Source: Nemertoderma westbladi
Taxonomy: Eukaryota; Animalia; Xenacoelomorpha
Reading direction: 5' to 3'
Length of the DNA stretch: 64,000 nt
Assembly (NCBI GenBank): GCA_032718475.1
Contig: JAUCBJ010006683.1
Coordinates: forward strand, 1-64,000
Part shown: positions 55,501 through 64,000 of the stretch, piece by piece
Position numbering within the stretch: position 1 is the stretch's first letter
Layout: every line of letters begins with the position of its first letter
Made by a program: the position numbers and the translations under genes
The notes under the pieces: generated by a model
What the model saw: only the letters and a program-made list of their open reading frames with translations
Database searches by the model: none
Told to the model about the DNA's origin: nothing

Positions 55501-58500
55501 GACTCCATATAGGAAGGAGTACTGGTTCTAACTGCTGTATGATGGACTCCATATAGGAGTACTGGTTCTATCTGCTGTATGATGGACTCCATATAGGAAG
55601 GAGTACTGGTTCTAACTGCTGTATGATGGACTCCATATAGGAGTACTGGTTCTAACTTCTGATTGATGGACTCCATATAGGAGTACTGGTTCTAACTGCT
55701 GTATGATGGACTCCATATAGGAGTACTGATTCTAACTGCTGTGGACTCCATATAGGAGTACTGGTTCTAACTTCTGATCGATGGACTCCATATAGGAGTA
55801 CTGGTTCTAACTGCTGTATGATGGACTCCATATAGGAGTACTGGTTCTAACTGCTGTATGATGGACTCCATATAGGAGTACTGGTTCTAACTGCTGTATG
55901 ATGGACTCCATATAGGAGTACTGATTCTAACTGCTGTTTGATGGACTCCATATAGGAGTACTGGTTCTAACTGCTGTATGATGGACTCCATATAGGAGTA
56001 CTGGTTCTAACTGCTGATTGATGAACTCCATATAGGAGTACTGGTTCTAACTGCTGTATGATGGACTCCATATAGGAGTACTGGTTCTAACTGCCGTATG
56101 ATGGACTCCATATAGGAGTACTGGTTCTAACTGCTGTATGATGGACTCCATATAGGAGTACTGATTCTAACTGCTGTTTGATGGACTCCATATAGGAGTA
56201 CTGGTTCTAACTGCTGTATGATGGACTCCACATAGGAGTACTGGTTCTAACTGCTGTATGATGGACTCCATATAGGAGTACTGATTCTAACTGCTGTTTG
56301 ATGGACTCCATATAGGAGTACTGGTTCTAACTGATGTATGATGGACTCCATATAGGAGTACTGGTTCTAACTGCTGATTGATGAACTCCATATAGGAGTA
56401 CTGGTTCTAACTGCTGTATGATGGACTCCATATAGGAGTACTGGTTCTAACTGCCGTATGATGGACTCCATATAGGAGTACTGGTTCTAACTGCTGTATG
56501 ATGGACTCCATATAGGAGTACTGATTCTAACTGCTGTTTGATGGACTCCATATAGGAGTACTGGTTCTAACTGCTGTATGATGGACTCCACATAGGAGTA
56601 CTGATTCTAACTGCTGTATGATGGTCTCCATATAGAAGTACTGGTTCTGACTGCTGTATGATGGACTCCATATAGGAGTACTGGTTCTATCTGCTGTATG
56701 ATGGACTCCATATAGGAAGGAGTACTGGTTCTAACTTCTGATTGATGGAATCCATATAGGGGTACTGGTTCTAACTTCTGATTGATGGACTCCATATAGG
56801 AGTACTGGTTCTAACTGCTGTATGATGGACTCCATATAGGAGTACTGATTCTAACTGCTGTATGATGGACTCCATATAGGAGTACTGGTTCTAACTGCTG
56901 TATGATGGACTCCATATAGGAGTACTGGTTCTAACTGCTGTATGATGGACTCCATATAGGAGTACTGGTTCTAACTTATGATTGATGGACTGACTCCATA
57001 TAGGAGTACTGGTTCTAACTGCTGTATGATGGACTCCATATAGGAGTACTGGTTCTAACTTATGATTGATGGACTGACTCCATATAGGAGTACTGGTTCT
57101 AACTTCTGATTGATGGACTCCATATAGGAGTACTGGTTCTAACTGCTGTATGATGGACTCCATATAGGAGTACTGGTTCTAACTGCTGTATGATGGACTC
57201 CATATAGGAGTACTGGTTCTAACTTATGATTGATGGACTGACTCCATATAGGAGTACTGGTTCTAACTTATGATTGATGGACTGACTCCATATAGGAGTA
57301 CTGGTTCTAACTTCTGATTGATGGACTCCATATAGGAGTACTGGTTCTAACTTCTGATTGATGGACTCCATATAGGAGTACTGGTTCTAACTGCTGTATG
57401 ATGGACTCCATATAGGAGTACTGGTTCTAACGACTCCATATAGGAGTACTGGTTCTAACAGCTGTATGATGGACTCCATATAGGAGTACTGGTACTAACT
57501 TCTGATTGATGGACTCCATATAGGAGTACTGGTTCTAACTTCTGATTGATGGACTCCATATAGGAGTACTGGTTCCAACTGCTGTATGATGGACTCCATA
57601 TAGGAGTACTGGTTCTAACTGCTGTATGATGGACTCCATATAGGAGTACTGGTTCTAACTGCTGTATGATGGACTCCATATAGGAGTACTGGTACTAACT
57701 TCTGATTGATGGACTCCATATAGGAGTACTGGTTCTAACTTCTGATTGATGGACTCCATATAGGAGTACTGGTTCTAACTGCTGTATGATGGACTCCATA
57801 TAGGAGTACTGGTTCTAACTGCTGTATGATGGAATCCATATAGGAGTACTGGTTCTAACAGCTGTATGATGGACTCCATATAGGAGTACTGGTTCTAACA
57901 GCTGTATGATGGACTCCATATAGGAGTATTGATTATAACTGCTGTGGACTCCATATAGGAGTACTGGTTCCTGGTTCTATCTGCTGATTGATGCTCCATA
58001 TAGGAGTACTGGTTCTAACTGCTGTATGATGGACTCCATATAGGAGTACTGGTTCTAACAGCTGTATGATGGACTCCATATAGGAGTACTGGTTCTAACA
58101 GCTGTATGATGGACTCCATATAGGAGTACTGGTTCTAACAGCTGTATGATGGACTCCATATAGGAGTATTGATTATAACTGCTGTGGACTCCATATAGGA
58201 GTACTGGTTCTAACTTCTGATCGATGGACTCCATATAGGAGTACTGGTTCTAACTGCTGTATGATGGACTCCATATAGGAGTACTGGTTCTAACTGCTGT
58301 ATGATTGACTCCATATAGGAGTACTGGTTCTAACTTCTGATCGATGGACTCCATATAGGAGTACTGGTTCTAACTGCTGTATGATGGACTCCATATAGGA
58401 GTACTGGTTCTAACTGCCGTATGAAGGACTCCATATAGGAGTACTGGTTCTAACTGCTGTATGATGGACTCCATATAGGAGTACTGATTCTAACTGCTGT

Positions 58501-61500
58501 ATGATGGACTCCATATAGGAGTACTGGTTCTAACTGCCGTATGATGGACTCCATATAGGAGTACTGGTTCTAACTGCTGTATGATGGACTCCATATAGGA
58601 GTACTGATTCTAACTGCTGTATGATGGACTCCATATAGGAGTACTGGTTCTAACTTCTGATCGATGGACTCCATATAGGAGTACTGGTTCTAACTGCTGT
58701 ATGATGGACTCCATATAGGAGTACTGGTCCTATATAGGTGTACTGATTCTAACTGCTGTATGATGGTCTCCATATAGAAGTACTGGTTCTGTCTGCTGTA
58801 TGATGGACTCCATATAGGAGTACTGGTTCTATCTGCTGTATGATGGACTCCATATAGGAAGGAGTACTGGTTCTAACTGCTGTATGATGGACTCCATATA
58901 GGAGTACTGGTTCTAACTTCTGATTGATGGACTCCATATAGGAGTACTGGTTCTAACTGCTGTATGATGGACTCCATATAGGAGTACTGGTTCTAACTGC
59001 TGTATGATGGACTCCATATAGGAGTACTGGTTCTAACTGCTGTATGATGGACTCCATATAGGAGTACTGGTTCTAACTTCTGATCGATGGACTCCATATA
59101 GGAGTACTGGTTCTAACTGCTGTATGATGGACTCCATATAGGAGTACTGGTTCTAACTGCTGTATGATGGACTCCATATAGGAGTACTGGTTCAAACTTC
59201 TGATCGATGGACTCCATATAGGAGTACTGGTTCTAACTGCTGTATGATGGACTCCATATAGGAGTACTGGTTCTAACTGCTGTATGATGGACTCCATATA
59301 GGAGTACTGGTTCTAACTGCTGTATGATGGACTCCATATAGGAGTACTGGTTCAAACTTCTGATCGATGGACTCCATATAGGAGTACTGGTTCTAACTGC
59401 TGTATGATGGACTCCATATAGGAGTACTGGTTCTAACTGCTGTATGATGGACTCCATATAGGAGTACTGGTTCTAACTGCTGTATGATGGACTCCATATA
59501 GGAGTACTGGTTCAAACTTCTGATCGATGGACTCCATATAGGAGTACTGGTTCTAACTGCTGTATGATGGACTCCATATAGGAGTACTGGTTCTAACTGC
59601 CGTATGATGGACTCCATATAGGAGTACTGGTTCTAACTGCTGTATAGATGGACTCCATATAGGAGTACTGGTTCTAACTGCTGTATGATGGACTCCATAT
59701 AGGAGTACTGGTTCTATCTTCTGATCGATGGACTCCATATAGGAGTACTGGTTCTAACTGCTGTATGATGGACTCCATATAGGAGTAATGGTTCTAACTG
59801 CTGTATGATGGACTCCATATAGGAGTACTGGTTCTAACTGCTGTATGATGGACTCCATATAGGAGTAATGGTTCTAACTGCTGTATGATGGACTCCATAT
59901 AGGAGTAATGGTTCTAACTGCTGTATGATGGACTCCATATAGGAGTAATGGTTCTAACTGCTGTATGATGGACTCCATATAGGAGTACTGGTTCTAACTG
60001 CTGTATGATGGAATCCATATAGGAATACTGGTTCCTGGTTCTATCTGCTGATTGATGCTCCATATAGGAGTACTGGTTCTAACTGCTGTATGATGGACTC
60101 CATATAGGAGTACTGGTTCTAACTGCTGTATGATGGACTCCATATAGGAGTACTGATTCTAACTGCTGTATGATGGACTCCATATAGGAGTTCTAACTGC
60201 TGTATGATGGACTCCATTTAGGAGTACTGGTTCTAACTTTTGTATGATGGACTCCATATAGGAGTACTGATTCTAACTGCTGTATGATGGACTCCATATA
60301 GGAGTACTGGTTCTAACTGCTGTATGATGGACTCCATATAGGAGTACTGGTTCTAACTGCTGTATGATGGACTCCATATAGGAGTACTGGTTCTAACTGC
60401 TGTATGATGGACTCCATATAGGAGTACTGGTTCTAACTTCTGATTGATGGACTCCATATAGGAGTACTGGTTCTAACTGATGTATGATGGACTCCATATA
60501 GGAGTACTGGTCTGGTTCTAACTGCTGTATGATGGACTCCATATAGGAGTACTGGTTCTAACTGCTGTATGATGGACTCCATATAGGAGTACTGGTTCTA
60601 ACTGCTGTATGATGGACTCCATATAGGAGTACTGGTTCTAACTTCTGATTGATGGACTCCATATAGGAGTACTGGTTCTAACTGATGTATGATGGACTCC
60701 ACATAGGAGTACTGGTTCTAACTGCTGTATGATGGACTCCATATAGGAGTACTGGTTCTAACTGCTGTATGATGGACTCCATATAGGAGTACTGGTACTA
60801 ACTTCTGATTGATGGACTCCATAAAGGAGTACTAGTTCTAACTTCTGATTGATGGACTCCATATAGGAGTACTGGTTCTAACTGCTGTATGATGGACTCC
60901 ATATAGGAGTACTGGTTCTAACTTCTGATTGATGGAATCCATCCATATAGGAGTACTGGTTCTAACTGCTGTATGATGGACTCCATATAGGAGTACTGGT
61001 TCTAACTGCTGTATGATGGACTCCATATAGGAGTACTGGTTCTAACTGCTGTATGATGGACTCCATATAGGAGTACTGGTTCTAACTGCTGTATGATGGA
61101 CTCCATATAGGAGTACTGGTACTAACTTCTGATTGATGGACTCCATAAAGGAGTACTAGTTCTAACTTCTGATTGATGGACTCCATATAGGAGTACTGGT
61201 TCTAACTGATGTATGATGGACTCCATATAGGAGTACTGGTCTGGTTCTAACTGCTGTATGATGGACTCCATATAGGAGTACTGGTTCTAACTGCTGTATG
61301 ATGGACTCCATATAGGAGTACTGGTTCTAACTGCTGTATGATGGACTCCATATAGGAGTACTGGTACTAACTTCTGATTGATGGACTCCATAAAGGAGTA
61401 CTAGTTCTAACTTCTGATTGATGGACTCCATATAGGAGTACTGGTTCTAACTGATGTATGATGGACTCCATATAGGAGTACTGGTCTGGTTCTAACTGCT

Positions 61501-64000
61501 GTATGATGGACTCCATATAGGAGTACTGGTTCTAACTGCTGTATGATGGACTCCATATAGGAGTACTGGTTCTAACTGCTGTATGATGGACTCCATATAG
61601 GAGTACTGGTCTGTTCTAACTGCTGTATGATGGACTCCATATAGGAGTACTGGTTCTAACTGCTGTATGATGGACTCCATATAGGAGTACTGGTTCTAAC
61701 TGCTGTATGATGGACTCCATATAGGAGTACTGGTTCTAACTTCTGATTGATGGACTCCATATAGGAGTACTGGTTCTAACTGATGTATGATGGACTCCAC
61801 ATAGGAGTACTGGTTCTAACTGCTGTATGATGGACTCCATATAGGAGTACTGGTTCTAACTGCTGTATGATGGACTCCATATAGGAGTACTGGTTCTAAC
61901 TTCTGATCGATGGACTCCATATAGGAGTACTGGTTCTAACTGCTGTATGATGGACTCCATATAGGAGTACTGGTTCTAACTGCTGTATGATGGACTCCAT
62001 ATAGGAGTACTGGTTCTAACTTCTGATTGATGGAATCCATCCATATAGGAGTACTGGTTCTAACTGCTGTATGATGGACTCCATATAGGAGTACTGGTTC
62101 TAACTGCTGTATGATGGACTCCACATAGGAGTACTGGTTCTAACTGCTGTATGATGGACTCCATATTGGAGTACTGGTTCTATCTGCTGTATGATGGACT
62201 CCATATAGGAAGGAGTACTGGTTCTAACTGCTGTATGATGGACTCCATATAGGAGTACTGGTTCTAACTTATGATTGATGGACTGACTCCATATAGGAGT
62301 ACTGGTTCTAACTTCTGATTGATGGACTCCATATAGGAGTACTGGTTCTAACTGCTGTATGATGGACTCCATATAGGAGTACTGGTTCTAACTGCTGTAT
62401 GATGGAATCCATATAGGAGTACTGGTTCTAACAGCTGTATGATGGACTCCATATAGGAGTACTGGTTCTAACAGCTGTATGATGGACTCCATATAGGAGT
62501 ATTGATTCTAACTGCTGTGGACTCCATATAGGAGTACTGGTTCCGGTATATCTCTGATTGATCGCTCCATATAGGAGTACTGGTTCTCACTGCATGTATG
62601 GAGTACTGGTTCTAACAGCTGTATGATGGACTCCATATAGGAGTATTGATTATAACTGCTGTGGACTCCATATAGGAGTACTGGTTCTAACAGCTGTATG
62701 ATGGACTCCATATAGGAGTACTGGTTCTAACAGCTGTATGATGGACTCCATATAGGAGTACTGGTTCTAACAGCTGTATGATGGACTCCATATAGGAGTA
62801 TTGATTATAACTGCTGTGGACTCCATATAGGAGTACTGGTTCTAACTTCTGATCGATGGACTCCATATAGGAGTACTGGTTCTAACTGCTGTATGATGGA
62901 CTCCATATAGGAGTACTGGTTCTAACTGCTGTATGATGGACTCCATATAGGAGTACTGGTTCTAACTTCTGATCGATGGACTCCATATAGGAGTACTGGT
63001 TCTAACTGCTGTATGATGGACTCCATATAGGAGTACTGGTTCTAACTGCCGTATGAAGGACTCCATATAGGAGTACTGGTTCTAACTGCTGTATGATGGA
63101 CTCCATATAGGAGTACTGATTCTAACTGCTGTATGATGGACTCCATATAGGAGTACTGGTTCTAACTGCCGTATGATGGACTCCATATAGGAGTACTGGT
63201 TCTAACTGCTGTATGATGGACTCCATATAGGAGTACTGATTCTAACTGCTGTATGATGGACTCCATATAGGAGTACTGGTTCTAACTTCTGATCGATGGA
63301 CTCCATATAGGAGTACTGGTTCTAACTGCTGTATGATGGACTCCATATAGGAGTACTGGTCCTATATAGGTGTACTGATTCTAACTGCTGTATGATGGTC
63401 TCCATATAGAAGTACTGGTTCTGACTGCTGTATGATGGACTCCATATAGGAGTACTGGTTCTATCTGCTGTATGATGGACTCCATATAGGAAGGAGTACT
63501 GGTTCTAACTGCTGTATGATGGACTCCATATAGGAGTACTGGTTCTAACTTCTGATTGATGGACTCCATATAGGAGTACTGGTTCTAACTGCTGTATGAT
63601 GGACTCCATATAGGAGTACTGGTTCTAACTGCTGTATGATGGACTCCATATAGGAGTACTGGTTCTAACTGCTGTATGATGGAATCCATATAGGAGTACT
63701 GGTTCTAACTTCTGATCGATGGACTCCATATAGGAGTACTGGTTCTAACTGCTGTATGATGGACTCCATATAGGAGTACTGGTTCTAACTGCTGTATGAT
63801 GGACTCCATATAGGAGTACTGGTTCTAACTTCTGATCGATGGACTCCATATAGGAGTACTGGTTCTAACTGCTGTATGATGGACTCCATATAGGAGTACT
63901 GGTTCTAACTGCCGTATGATGGACTCCATATAGGAGTACTGGTTCTAACTGCTGTATGATGGACTCCATATAGGAGTACTGGTTCTAACTGCTGTATGAT
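25568..64000 (+). repeat. 40-bp tandem satellite array, right block (about 960 monomers, runs off the window) with higher-order duplications
   Basis: Same monomer and orientation as the left block. Rare variants recur at fixed offsets of 2693, 2663, 1447, about 1809, 160 and 4632 bp. Confidence 0.98.

Noticed and set aside
454-63569. Dozens of minus-strand ORFs (MESIIQQLEPVLLYGVHHTAVRTSTPIWSPSYSS)
   Set aside because: These are translations of the 40-bp monomer cycling through three frames. Their lengths depend on chance indels and there is no gene structure.
428-64000. CRISPR-like appearance (palindromic repeat plus variable part)
   Set aside because: There are no unique spacers and no cas genes, and the context is eukaryotic with an LTR element.
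428-64000. Hammerhead ribozyme in the satellite (CTGATTGA followed by a hairpin)
   Set aside because: The core does not match CUGANGA, no GAAA follows the stem, and stems I and III cannot be formed on either strand.

Overview
This window is eukaryotic repetitive DNA, most likely animal. After about 430 bp of AT-rich unique sequence, a head-to-tail 40-bp satellite (consensus CTGCTGTATGATGGACTCCATATAGGAGTACTGGTTCTAA) runs to the window end, with variant monomers and kb-scale higher-order duplications. The satellite is interrupted at 12982-25567 by one full-length, 12.6-kb BEL/Pao LTR retrotransposon. It has TG...CA LTRs of 539/540 bp (about 99% identical), a 5-bp TSD GGAGT, a PPT, and a gag-PR-RT-RH-IN frame broken by stops and frameshifts. 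Two features of the element stand out. (1) There is no tRNA-type (TGG) primer-binding site; instead the 50 nt after the 5' LTR are complementary, in four nested segments, to the probable 5' end of the element's own transcript, suggesting a self-priming fold. (2) A 3-kb extra module lies between pol and the 3' LTR, with a hairpin tandem array and a degraded extra ORF containing three CCHC zinc knuckles and NLS-like motifs. The many short minus-strand ORFs in the satellite are artefacts. All alignments and pairings were done by eye.
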